From: a virus
Strand: one strand, 5' to 3'
IMG/VR virus record: IMGVR_UViG_3300009181_000063
Coordinates: 7,406-71,405 of that record
DNA: 64,000 bases
A model generated the notes under the pieces. It was not told where the DNA came from. It ran no database searches and saw only the letters and a list, made by a program, of their open reading frames with translations. Both the position numbers and the translations under genes were made by a program. Shown in pieces: positions 15,506 through 24,187 of this stretch (its first letter is position 1; each line of letters starts with the position of its first letter).

Positions 15506-16044
15506 TTGTATAGTCCTCTTTCTTTGTTGCTCTTCATCATGTTGAAGCTTTTAACTGGGCAAAAATCGCAAAGATAAAACGAAGGTAGTTTTTCATCAGA
15601 TAAACCCGCTTCGCGTCTTTCACGTTTCATAACGTCAATCTTAATAAGTTTTGATCCTGATTTGTAATCGGGGCATTGTCCTTCTGGGCGCAAATGAACC
15701 TGAAAACATTTCATTGCATCTGCTGAGTAAGTGTCTTTGGCCGCATAAATCTCTTGACCAAGCCCTCCGCCACCAAGACCGTCTAGAACCTGAGCATGGA
15801 TCTGTTTACGACCTGTGTCGCTATTCCATACCGCAAAGTCAACGTCAAATAAAACACCCAAGTGTGGCTGTGGGCGTTGGTGCTTTTCTAAAGCAATGGC
15901 AAGATAAGGGTTATCTTGTTGGTGTTTAATTGGATATCGCTCATCCACTGGGACTTCTTCCATTGTAAGGCAGTCTTTGCATGCCAAAACAAGGATGCGA
16001 TGTTCATCCTTTTTATTTGCTAGGGTCGAAAGGTCAATTACCAT
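15502..16044 (-). CDS. Cys/His-rich hypothetical protein
   Basis: CKDC and CDFCP motifs; leaderless promoter upstream. Confidence 0.75.
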   Translation of the reverse strand: MVIDLSTLANKKDEHRILVLACKDCLTMEEVPVDERYPIKHQQDNPYLAIALEKHQRPQPHLGVLFDVDFAVWNSDTGRKQIHAQVLDGLGGGGLGQEIYAAKDTYSADAMKCFQVHLRPEGQCPDYKSGSKLIKIDVMKRERREAGLSDEKLPSFYLCDFCPVKSFNMMKSNKERGLYK

Positions 16045-16058
16045 GACCCGATACTACA

Positions 16059-16499
16059 CTATCCGCGAGGGCGAGCTACATTCTTGTCTAGTGACTTACC
16101 GCAGTCTCCACGACCGCAGGTATCGCTTCCGCTTGGGGCGGTCTTGATGCAACCAGAGCCTGTGCAAGGAGCCTCTATGTCACGAGGTACTCCACGGGAC
16201 GAAGACTTAACGGCGTGGAAAGCGGCGCGGGACGCCTCTAACTTTGCACGGTTAGGCTTTAGCTTAGTTCCTTCTGCAATAAAGTCAGCTGAATGTTGTG
16301 CCATAGCACGATGGTTTGAATCTTCTGCGTCAGATCCTGGGACCTTCATGTCTAAAACTTGCTTGCGACCACCCGGTACCTGCTTTTTAACTAAATCATC
16401 TGTCTCGTTCTGGATGACACGATTTTTGTTAGCACGGCTTGCACGTGCGGCAATATCTCTATCCGCTGCTGAGTCTGCTGAGTCTCTTTCGTCTGACAT
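16059..16499 (-). CDS. Hypothetical basic protein
   Basis: 146-aa ORF, TAATG coupling. Confidence 0.6.
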   Translation of the reverse strand: MSDERDSADSAADRDIAARASRANKNRVIQNETDDLVKKQVPGGRKQVLDMKVPGSDAEDSNHRAMAQHSADFIAEGTKLKPNRAKLEASRAAFHAVKSSSRGVPRDIEAPCTGSGCIKTAPSGSDTCGRGDCGKSLDKNVARPRG

Positions 16500-16858
16500 T
16501 ATTTAGCCTTTCCGCTGTCAATTTTAATAACTTCTTTTTCTTTTTTAAGTGGGCTCCAGCTAGTTTTTTCTCTAAACTCACGAACGCTTGCGCCGTATTT
16601 TGCCGCTTCACCAGATGCACGCATATTTGTTAGATCAGTACTTGCTTGATTATAGTCTGCTTGAGACATGGCTTGAAAAGCTCCGTTACGAGGTTCAATA
16701 ACTTTAACGCTTGGGGAAACTTTAGTTCTTTTGTGGCCTGCTAGAGCAGCGCTTGAAAAATCATCAACAGTTTCTGGCAAATCAATACCGCGAGCTTTAA
16801 ATCCACTTAAACTTTTAGGAAACTGGGATGCGGTCGGTTCCATGTTATTTGTCTCCAT
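16499..16858 (-). CDS. Hypothetical protein
   Basis: 119-aa ORF (start may be ATG 16843). Confidence 0.6.
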   Translation of the reverse strand: METNNMEPTASQFPKSLSGFKARGIDLPETVDDFSSAALAGHKRTKVSPSVKVIEPRNGAFQAMSQADYNQASTDLTNMRASGEAAKYGASVREFREKTSWSPLKKEKEVIKIDSGKAK

Positions 16859-17000
16859 ATTCAGACTTGATATTAATTTTTAGTTCAGGCTTTGGCTTTG
16901 AGTCTTTAGATATAACTCGTACACCACTAATAGGCTCGGCGATTGGACCGCCTCCGCCTAACTTACCTGCACCTAAAAACTGACCGCGCTTTGGAATCAT
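16845..17000 (-). CDS. Small basic protein (51 aa)
   Basis: MIPKRGQFLGAGKLGGGGPIAEPISG...; fills the gap in the operon. Confidence 0.5.
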   Translation of the reverse strand: MIPKRGQFLGAGKLGGGGPIAEPISGVRVISKDSKPKPELKINIKSEYGDK

Positions 17001-17002
17001 AA

Positions 17003-17209
17003 TTAGCCCAGTGGGTTAACTTTGTTTGATTCTTCTGAGTTAATGAAGCCATAGTTCATGTATGGGTGAAGTCCAGCACGGTTCTGTACGACAGTCTGGT
17101 CGCCCATTCCCGGTGCTACTTCAGTGTTTGGACGGCGCTTGCGGTACTTGCCATCTGTTGCACCCTCGATGAGTGATGCGTTTTCTGAACGTGCTTTGCG
17201 TACTGTCAT
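17003..17209 (-). CDS. Hypothetical protein
   Basis: 68-aa ORF, ATGA coupling. Confidence 0.7.
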   Translation of the reverse strand: MTVRKARSENASLIEGATDGKYRKRRPNTEVAPGMGDQTVVQNRAGLHPYMNYGFINSEESNKVNPLG

Positions 17210-17442
17210 GCCATTCGGCCTTTCACTAGGTTTGCCTTCTTACGTCGTGTGCAGTTTGGGCACATTCCGTTTTGTGAGTGTAAGTTCTCTACGGGGTTCA
17301 TAGATAAACCACATTCAATACAAGGTTTACTACCATTGTAGTAAGTCTTTTTTAAATCGCGCTGAGTCTCAAGACTTACGTCGTAAGAACCAGACATTCC
17401 TTCGCCTGTTGAGTCTGTTAATAAACCTGAATCTTTAGGCAT
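17206..17442 (-). CDS. Zinc-ribbon protein
   Basis: CIECG...CPNC. Confidence 0.7.
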   Translation of the reverse strand: MPKDSGLLTDSTGEGMSGSYDVSLETQRDLKKTYYNGSKPCIECGLSMNPVENLHSQNGMCPNCTRRKKANLVKGRMA

Positions 17443-17621
17443 TAGTTACCGACTTTTCCTTCATCGTCTACGTTATACCCAGTGTCTCTAGCTTGCGCTT
17501 TAGCGTGTTCTGGGCTTTTAGACATAAAAGTGTGTGAACCAGACCATCCTCCGTCTTTTGAAGACATTTGGAATGTTACAGGAACCTGACCTTTTTTAAA
17601 GTCTGTGTTATTACGTGGCAT
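17442..17621 (-). CDS. Small hypothetical protein (59 aa)
   Basis: MPRNNTDFKKGQVPVTF...; TAATG coupling on both sides. Confidence 0.6.
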   Translation of the reverse strand: MPRNNTDFKKGQVPVTFQMSSKDGGWSGSHTFMSKSPEHAKAQARDTGYNVDDEGKVGN

Positions 17622-17956
17622 TAAACTTGTCCTAACGTGTTTCTGCTGGTCGATTCAGTTGTAGTAGCCTCACCAGAAAAGTCTTTTCTAGTGGCGGTTC
17701 TAGTACTGAGTTCAATAATATCCTCAATTGCGTATTCTTCCTTGGTGTATCCGTACTTATCTGGAAACATCTCAATTTGAGGTAAGTTCGGGCGTACGTA
17801 AAGTTGGAGTTCCGCTTTGGACATGGTGATTGAAGAAGCGGCTTGATGGATTAAGCGCTCTCTATTGCTAGAAAACGGGCCCATGTAATCGGCTGGGGGT
17901 GCTTCATCTCCCCAAGGTTTACGGCTGTATACGCCGTCAGCAATCCTGCCGGTCAT
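17621..17956 (-). CDS. Hypothetical protein
   Basis: 111-aa ORF in operon. Confidence 0.7.
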   Translation of the reverse strand: MTGRIADGVYSRKPWGDEAPPADYMGPFSSNRERLIHQAASSITMSKAELQLYVRPNLPQIEMFPDKYGYTKEEYAIEDIIELSTRTATRKDFSGEATTTESTSRNTLGQV

Positions 17957-18159
17957 CAGTTACCTCCGTCAGGGATGTGAGTAGTCCAGCGTTCATTTCC
18001 ATCGTTCATACGTAATCTAACTCTACTTGTTCCTGTTTTATTTGGAACAATTTCTTGAATTCTTCCGCTAACCCCAGAACTATGTGTAGTGTACCAATCC
18101 CCTTCTTTAGGGGGAACATAACGGCGTTTAGGATCGCCAGACTTGTCTGGTGCGCTCAT
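17956..18159 (-). CDS. Small beta-barrel-like protein, paralog of 1653-1835
   Basis: Shared GD.YTT..G..G.I.EIVPN.TG..R..L......RWTT pattern. Confidence 0.8.
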   Translation of the reverse strand: MSAPDKSGDPKRRYVPPKEGDWYTTHSSGVSGRIQEIVPNKTGTSRVRLRMNDGNERWTTHIPDGGN

Positions 18160-18160
18160 T

Positions 18161-18700
18161 TTATTTCCAAACTGGTCTCATTCGTGCCCATTGATCGGCA
18201 CGCTTTTGGTTAATCTGACCGGGTGAATCGCTTTTTACTGTTGGACCAGCCTTACCATCGTTAGGAAGGTGTGGAGCTGGAACAAGGGTTACTTGATCGG
18301 AATTCTTTTTAGTTTGAATAGTATTTCCAACTTGAACCCCACGCATTTGTCGTTTAATACCGCGATCTGGTTCAAAACCTTCTGGGTAATAATAATCGCT
18401 TGGGTCAATTCGCTCACCACGGTGAACACCACGTTGATACGAACGTTGACCAACACGGTTTTTAATACTGTCAAGAACTGTGTCTGAGGTTGAGCTTGAA
18501 CGACCGCGATCATCGCGACGTGAACGAATAGTTCCTAGGTAACCGTCTGGATATTCTGCAGATGGTTGGCGACCAACACCCATACGTGACGTATCGAGTT
18601 CTGAGCGTGCAACAGGTACGCCACCACCACCGTAAGTGGTGTTAGTTCCGTACATGCCACCAGCGCCCAAGTTCTGAACGTTTTGATGAAGATTAGGCAT
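18161..18700 (-). CDS. Hypothetical Gly/Arg-rich protein
   Basis: 179-aa ORF with leaderless promoter. Confidence 0.75.
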   Translation of the reverse strand: MPNLHQNVQNLGAGGMYGTNTTYGGGGVPVARSELDTSRMGVGRQPSAEYPDGYLGTIRSRRDDRGRSSSTSDTVLDSIKNRVGQRSYQRGVHRGERIDPSDYYYPEGFEPDRGIKRQMRGVQVGNTIQTKKNSDQVTLVPAPHLPNDGKAGPTVKSDSPGQINQKRADQWARMRPVWK

Positions 18701-18714
18701 GTCTAAAGTATAGG

Positions 18715-19887
18715 CTAGCGAAACCCGCCAAGTACTACTAACTCACGTCGTGGATCAAAACCTTCTCCTACAACTAATGAAGTAATTCCGGGGTGGGATT
18801 CAAGACCAGATTTGTCTCTAAACCAAGCTGAACCGTTATCCATTGCTGGGTTCTGAATAAATAATCTCATTCCTACGCTCTTCACATCGTAGTGGTGAAG
18901 GTGTCCAACGTTAAGGATGTCAGCGTTTGCCACGGAACAACGTCCCATGACTTGACCTGACCACCACTTAACCATGTCTCTTGCTTGGTGACCGTGAGCC
19001 ATGCCGTACAAAATACCGCTCAAGTTAACAGCAAGCGTGCTGTCATCTTTGGCTGGGTAACGGAACTCCACTCGATCCTTCAAGAATTCATTCTCTAAAC
19101 AGGCGTCTTCAACGGCACGAACAATCTCAATCTGCCATGAGTCTTCTGGGCGTGATACTAAGAAGCGTTGAACTTCGTCATGATTTCCGGGGACAACTGG
19201 AACAATAATCTTTGTGGCAAATGGGGCCATGGCTTTAATCTGCGCCATAAGAATTCTTCGGCCAACCTGCACTTGTTGCGCAACACCAATGTCGTGGCGC
19301 CCCATTACTTTACCTTTTTGGCTTGTCATACCTTCAATGCAATCTCCAAGTTGTGGAAGTGCAATCTGACTAATTTTGTATTTAGTTTGTAAGAACTTGT
19401 GATGCTCTACAGCTTCGGTAAATGATCTAAGAACTCTTTCAACAATTGCTGGTGTATCGTCCTTGCCGTATTGAGTGTCTCCAAGGCTATAAACAGCCGT
19501 TAGGTCGCCTTCAAAATCTATTGAACTTTCTGGGCGCCAACTACTTATGGATTCAATTAATTTTTCTGCGTCGTAATCGTTAACTAAACTACCAACTACT
19601 GGGACTACATTAACTCTAAAAGATTCTAACCACTCTCCGTCGTAGCGTTGCCAGCGGGAACGTCGATGTGAAATCACTGCCCACTCTGCGGGATCTAAAT
19701 TTGCTTCTCGCAAAATTTCTTCGGCACCGGGAGTATTGCCATCTGGTCGTGGAGTTGAAACTACAAACCCGCCATCGGTACCTATCTCAGAACGCGGCCG
19801 CCATGCGTCTGGTATGTCTTTTGTTATGTTGTCTGATCCTTCGATTCCTGCTTTTACAAACTCGTTAAACTCATCCTTTAGAGCCAC
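18715..19887 (-). CDS. Calcineurin-like metallophosphoesterase
   Basis: GDTQYG, LGDCIEG, PGNHD, HGH, GHLHH. Confidence 0.85.
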   Translation of the reverse strand: MALKDEFNEFVKAGIEGSDNITKDIPDAWRPRSEIGTDGGFVVSTPRPDGNTPGAEEILREANLDPAEWAVISHRRSRWQRYDGEWLESFRVNVVPVVGSLVNDYDAEKLIESISSWRPESSIDFEGDLTAVYSLGDTQYGKDDTPAIVERVLRSFTEAVEHHKFLQTKYKISQIALPQLGDCIEGMTSQKGKVMGRHDIGVAQQVQVGRRILMAQIKAMAPFATKIIVPVVPGNHDEVQRFLVSRPEDSWQIEIVRAVEDACLENEFLKDRVEFRYPAKDDSTLAVNLSGILYGMAHGHQARDMVKWWSGQVMGRCSVANADILNVGHLHHYDVKSVGMRLFIQNPAMDNGSAWFRDKSGLESHPGITSLVVGEGFDPRRELVVLGGFR

Positions 19888-20095
19888 ATGAACACCATTT
19901 ATTTCTGTGAGATTTGAATGAAGTTAGGCCCGGAAACATATCATTATTTGATGATAAGAACCTATGTAAACTTGCTGTAGACGCAGAATCATTTGCTAAC
20001 AGTTCATCAAACTCTTGACGAAACGCCTCGTCTTTATCAGACAAGAACTTAGCCACGGAGCAAAAACCTCGGGCGTTAGATGGTAGATGTTCCAC
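19871..20095 (-). CDS. Hypothetical protein
   Basis: C...HR...CSC pattern, coupled to the phosphoesterase. Confidence 0.65.
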   Translation of the reverse strand: MEHLPSNARGFCSVAKFLSDKDEAFRQEFDELLANDSASTASLHRFLSSNNDMFPGLTSFKSHRNKWCSCGSKG

Positions 20096-20178
20096 GCCCT
20101 TAGTTAATCACATGGTTGTAATTAGCACAAAATGAGAATGCCCCCCATTACGCTGGGGGGCGAGCGCCTAATAACTAA

Positions 20179-20511
20179 TTAGGATTGGCTGCTTACGCCG
20201 TCCTGAAAGTTAGGAGCAGTGCGCTTTACAGCTGCCTGAAACAAACGACCGTTACCCTGAGTTGCCCCAGCTTCTGGTGATGTGTATGAAGGCATAGATA
20301 CGTTGATGCCGTACTTAGCGCCGCTTGTAGCGGTTACCTTGGTACGTGATGGAGCTGCTTGCTTTGTAAAGTCAGTTCCGCCCTTAGCGTTACCTGTCTT
20401 TTTAATAAGCGTGCCTTTTTCAGGCTTTGATGTGTGACGTGCTTTTGTTGCAGAACCTGGCCCTGTAGAAGTAGGGGCAAGTGGTGCTGGGTTCTTAATT
20501 GAATCTTTCAT
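20179..20511 (-). CDS. Hypothetical basic low-complexity protein
   Basis: 110-aa ORF, AAGGA SD, hairpin at about 20140-20161 downstream. Confidence 0.7.
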   Translation of the reverse strand: MKDSIKNPAPLAPTSTGPGSATKARHTSKPEKGTLIKKTGNAKGGTDFTKQAAPSRTKVTATSGAKYGINVSMPSYTSPEAGATQGNGRLFQAAVKRTAPNFQDGVSSQS

Positions 20512-20557
20512 GTTTTGTTTCCTTCGGCCAAAGGTTGGAAAATTAAATGTACCAGTT

Positions 20558-20848
20558 TTAGCTGGTTTTTACTTCAAATACGATGGCAGAAATCTGTCCA
20601 TCGTGGCTTTCAATGCTTGCAAAACCCGGTACGCAGACAAGATCAATACCTCTTGGGGCTGTATAGCCTCTTGCGATAGCAATTGCTTTGACTGCTTGGT
20701 TTACGGCACCAGCGCCTACAGCACGAACTTTGCATCCACGTGTTTCATAAACACTGTGGGCAATCGCTGAAGCAACTGATTGGGGATTAGAACCTGCGCC
20801 TACACGCAAAATTTGTTCTTCTTTTGGATCTGTAGTCATTTTGTGCAC
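20558..20848 (-). CDS. spoVS: SpoVS family protein
   Basis: LRVGAGSNPQSVASAIA...AVGAGAVNQAVKAIAIARGY..P.GIDLVCVPGF. Confidence 0.9.
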   Translation of the reverse strand: MHKMTTDPKEEQILRVGAGSNPQSVASAIAHSVYETRGCKVRAVGAGAVNQAVKAIAIARGYTAPRGIDLVCVPGFASIESHDGQISAIVFEVKTS

Positions 20849-20912
20849 CTCGGGGTTACGTATATTTGAGCTCCTTGCCTAAATTATGAAGGCAATTACC
20901 CTAGGTGTAATG

Positions 20913-21104
20913 CTAAACAGTCCTGTAGTCCACTGGGGTTGGGGCGGTAGCTAAGGAGCCACAAAGATAGCACTCCATATCCAGCATATATAGGGATATC
21001 TCACCCTCTTCAAATTGTGCTTTTACTTTCCACAATGTGGATCCGCAAACGCACACCTCAAGGGGCGCTTCTTTGTCTCTAAGGTCAAATGTCATACGTT
21101 CCAC
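20913..21104 (-). CDS. Zinc-ribbon protein
   Basis: CVCGS...CYLCGS..TAPTP. Confidence 0.75.
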   Translation of the reverse strand: MERMTFDLRDKEAPLEVCVCGSTLWKVKAQFEEGEISLYMLDMECYLCGSLATAPTPVDYRTV

Positions 21105-21328
21105 TTTTCTTTAAATTCTTCAACCACTTTACGGTTTTTTTCAATCTCAACTTCAATTAAAGCCTGTTCTTCTTCAGACATTTTATCTTTATTTTCTAAA
21201 TAAAAACGCATCCCTGTATCAAAATTCTGCTCAAATATTGAAATTTGAGTTTTACGGCGTTCTTTTACAAACGCGTCTGCTTCGGCTTGTCGTTGAGCTC
21301 GTTTTTCTTGAGTTTTGCTAAGCGACAT
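21092..21328 (-). CDS. Hypothetical helical protein
   Basis: 78-aa ORF in operon. Confidence 0.65.
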   Translation of the reverse strand: MSLSKTQEKRAQRQAEADAFVKERRKTQISIFEQNFDTGMRFYLENKDKMSEEEQALIEVEIEKNRKVVEEFKEKWNV

Positions 21329-21476
21329 TTTCTTTAGACCAATCTAGCCATGCTAAAGCTAGCTCGTTTACATCAATAGTGCCTGTAAACCCAAGTTCGT
21401 GTAAGTGCTCAATAAAATCGTCATCTGCCATTAGTACTGGTAGACCCTTGTAAGTTACATTTTCTTCGTAGTTCAT
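21318..21476 (-). CDS. Small hypothetical protein (52 aa)
   Basis: MNYEENVTYKGLPVLMADDDF...; ATGA coupling. Confidence 0.6.
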   Translation of the reverse strand: MNYEENVTYKGLPVLMADDDFIEHLHELGFTGTIDVNELALAWLDWSKENVA

Positions 21477-21643
21477 CCTTGTCCCCCCCATCCTCCGCCT
21501 TTAAATTGCACCGCTGGTGGTGTCCAAACTTTTGTCATAAAGTTTCCGCATCGATCGCAAGCAGGGCGGTCAACAGAATCAAACGCTAAATGCATTTCTA
21601 CTGTGCTATCACACGGCACACAAGAAAAATCATATTTAGGCAT
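21473..21643 (-). CDS. FmdB-family zinc-ribbon protein
   Basis: MPKYDFSCVPC...CDRCG..MTKVW.PPAVQFKGGGW. Confidence 0.85.
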   Translation of the reverse strand: MPKYDFSCVPCDSTVEMHLAFDSVDRPACDRCGNFMTKVWTPPAVQFKGGGWGGQG

Positions 21644-22212
21644 TACCTCTCCCGATTCTCTGCGGTTTGCAACTTCTGATAAATTTCTTTTTCATAGGCC
21701 ATAGTACCCTTTCCTGAAACAATGTGCGCTAGCCCGTAAGAGTCAGCGGCATTGTCATCGGGAAACTCGACGTTCCATTTCTTGTATACCTGAAGGAGCA
21801 TTTGGTTCTTTTGGACGCCAGTACCACGACCAGTTACGTATTTCTTTAGGCTCGTTGGGGGAACAATCATGGGGCTATTCCCGTTTCCAAGACCTTCGGT
21901 TTCGTGAAGGGTTAGCTTAACAACCCCGCCTAGTTCCCCTAATTTATTAGCCATGATTGATCCGTAGGCGTAGCCTTCCATGGCAACGTCCTGAACTTGG
22001 CAACAATTTTTAGTTTGAGTTAAGGCGTCTTGCAGGTGAGCCTGTACCTCGCTAAGGCGTTCTCCGCCAGAGTTATCAAACTTGGCAACTGTGGTTTGGT
22101 AAGAACTATCTTCGCCAAGGACGGTTATAGCGAATCCGCCATAGGACTGATCGATACCTACCCAACACTTTTTGTTGGGTGTAACCCCGTCTCCGTAAGT
22201 CTTTAGTCTCAT
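21643..22212 (-). CDS. RuvC-like Holliday junction resolvase
   Basis: VGIDQS, VAMEGY, PTSLKKYVTG, DNAADSY. Confidence 0.85.
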   Translation of the reverse strand: MRLKTYGDGVTPNKKCWVGIDQSYGGFAITVLGEDSSYQTTVAKFDNSGGERLSEVQAHLQDALTQTKNCCQVQDVAMEGYAYGSIMANKLGELGGVVKLTLHETEGLGNGNSPMIVPPTSLKKYVTGRGTGVQKNQMLLQVYKKWNVEFPDDNAADSYGLAHIVSGKGTMAYEKEIYQKLQTAENRER

Positions 22213-22706
22213 GGAAACAGCCGATTTGAACGCTGGAGTGCGCTGTTGGATGTGCGTCGCGTCAACTCTCGGCTTACTAATTGCGTACTTCTATCTACGT
22301 TGTTAACCATTACTTCAATTAATTTGCGGTAAGCGTACTTAGCGGAAAGACCTTCGCGTAAATAAATAATTGTAGGATCTGCCGCCATTCGTGCTTTCAT
22401 TATGGTTACAGTCTCTTTTTTGTTTTCTTCGTAAGAAGATATGTAGTTCTTACTTTCTTCCATGTCTAATGATTGATCTGCATTTTTTTCATCAATAACA
22501 GCACAGGCAAACTGCACAGATAAGAAGTTAGCGTAAGCGGTTAACTCGCCAAACAACTGCATAAGGCTTTCATCATCAATTTCTGTAATGTCTGCCGGTA
22601 CATTTGGCAGTTTCATCTTCATTCGTGTTTGAAATTCAAACCCTTGAAGTTGTAAACTTTCTATTACTGGCTGGCTAGTACCAGCATTAATTGCTAACTC
22701 GCTCAC
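22209..22706 (-). CDS. Helical protein, possible recombination mediator
   Basis: 165-aa helical ORF in the recombination operon; function inferred from context only. Confidence 0.5.
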   Translation of the reverse strand: MSELAINAGTSQPVIESLQLQGFEFQTRMKMKLPNVPADITEIDDESLMQLFGELTAYANFLSVQFACAVIDEKNADQSLDMEESKNYISSYEENKKETVTIMKARMAADPTIIYLREGLSAKYAYRKLIEVMVNNVDRSTQLVSRELTRRTSNSALQRSNRLFP

Positions 22707-23553
22707 TTATTTTCTCCTCTTTGTAGTCGGAGCACTTTGGGCACCCTGCAACACCATTAATATTACAGATGGGAGGGGTACCTTTGTCAATTGCTAAAAT
22801 GATGTTGGCTGCCGCTTCAAATAACTCGGCAATACCCCAATCATTTTTTTGTACTACAAATTCTTTATGTTCGTGAAGACCCTTTGCTTCGTACAAAATA
22901 AGGGCTTCTTGTGGGGCATTAGGCTGTCCCATAAGTTCTAACAGCTTCATATAAATCTGTGCCTGATGAATGTGCTCTAAAAATGGTGCGCCAATAGCTG
23001 CCCACATCTTTTTAAAATCATTGTTATTTGCATATGCAATGTCTGGGGCATACCAACGAATACTGCCCTCACCAATAGTTTTTACTTCAAGTAGTAGTGG
23101 ATCTCCAAAATTAACAAGCCATCCGTCGGCCTTACCTGAAATGCGAAGGGGGTCAAAAAACACAGGCACTTCGTTGTATTTAGTACGGCATCCGCCTTGT
23201 GCGTGTTCGCTATTTAAACCAAACCACTCTAAATCATGTGTGTAGCAATACCATAAGCCTTTAATCTGATCCATCTCTTTAAACCAACTTTGCCACATAT
23301 TGTGAGCGGCGTGACCTGTTCCAAAAATAGATGCGCGACGAAGACTCATAACTTCTGGTTTAGGTGCGTGACCGTTTAGCCAAAAGTATTGTGCCCGGTG
23401 ACACCAGCTTGCTGATGCCATTTCAGAAGGGTGGATTACATCTGAAGCACGAAAATCTCGCGGCTTCGAAATAATATGTTTTTCAACTTTACCAATTACT
23501 CTGGTGCCTTTATCTGCTGCTAAAAACGCTTTCAATGCACCAGTTGGTTTCAT
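22687..23553 (-). CDS. Cas4/RecB-like PD-(D/E)XK exonuclease
   Basis: HPSE..WC, GHAAH, GKADG..LLEVKT, QAQIY, C-terminal Cys cluster. Confidence 0.85.
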   Translation of the reverse strand: MKPTGALKAFLAADKGTRVIGKVEKHIISKPRDFRASDVIHPSEMASASWCHRAQYFWLNGHAPKPEVMSLRRASIFGTGHAAHNMWQSWFKEMDQIKGLWYCYTHDLEWFGLNSEHAQGGCRTKYNEVPVFFDPLRISGKADGWLVNFGDPLLLEVKTIGEGSIRWYAPDIAYANNNDFKKMWAAIGAPFLEHIHQAQIYMKLLELMGQPNAPQEALILYEAKGLHEHKEFVVQKNDWGIAELFEAAANIILAIDKGTPPICNINGVAGCPKCSDYKEEKISERVSN

Positions 23554-23876
23554 TTCTTTTTAACCCATTCCTCTAATGTTTTCCCGTTTTTAGCGGCTTT
23601 TCTTTTAAGAGCGTTGCGCTCTCGATGAGATAAGCCACCCCATATACCGTGTTGTTCATCGTTTTGATCCGAATACAAAAGGCAGGCTAGTCTCACGGGA
23701 CATTCTGCCTTACCATCCTTGCCAAAGCAAACTGCCTTAGCCTTGTCAGCAATAGGTTTATATTTAGTTTTATCGCGTGGAGGGAACCAGTAATCGGTTT
23801 CTGGGCTGTCGCACATGCCGCGGCATTTAGCCTGATAACGCCACTTCTCTACACCTTCGTCTTCGTACAAGAGCAC
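23550..23876 (-). CDS. whiB: WhiB family transcription factor
   Basis: AKC...WFPP...AKAVC....ECPVRLAC...HGIWGGLS. Confidence 0.93.
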   Translation of the reverse strand: MLLYEDEGVEKWRYQAKCRGMCDSPETDYWFPPRDKTKYKPIADKAKAVCFGKDGKAECPVRLACLLYSDQNDEQHGIWGGLSHRERNALKRKAAKNGKTLEEWVKKK

Positions 23877-24187
23877 TCCAATAGGATTTGGCGCAGCTCT
23901 AGAAAGTCGTCTTCCGTTAACATGACGTAATTTTCGCCGTTAAGATAAAAGCCGAGAACAGGTGTCCGACCGTCAAGAATTGCTTCTGTGACAATCTTCT
24001 CTAAAACCGCAGCCTTAACGGATACGGAAGCTTTGCCAGTCCACTTATGCTCTACGAGCAAATCTTTGGATCTAACATCACCTTTTCGACTCCAAAATGC
24101 TCCGCTGGCTGCTGTTCGCTGACCACCAATAGCTTTTGCAAGTCTATCCTCGTGCTTCCTTGACTCTTTTTGTCCTTTAGTTTTCAT
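23849..24187 (-). CDS. Hjc-like PD-(D/E)XK resolvase/endonuclease
   Basis: HEDRLAK..SGA..KGDV...LVEHK. Confidence 0.75.
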   Translation of the reverse strand: MKTKGQKESRKHEDRLAKAIGGQRTAASGAFWSRKGDVRSKDLLVEHKWTGKASVSVKAAVLEKIVTEAILDGRTPVLGFYLNGENYVMLTEDDFLELRQILLECSCTKTKV

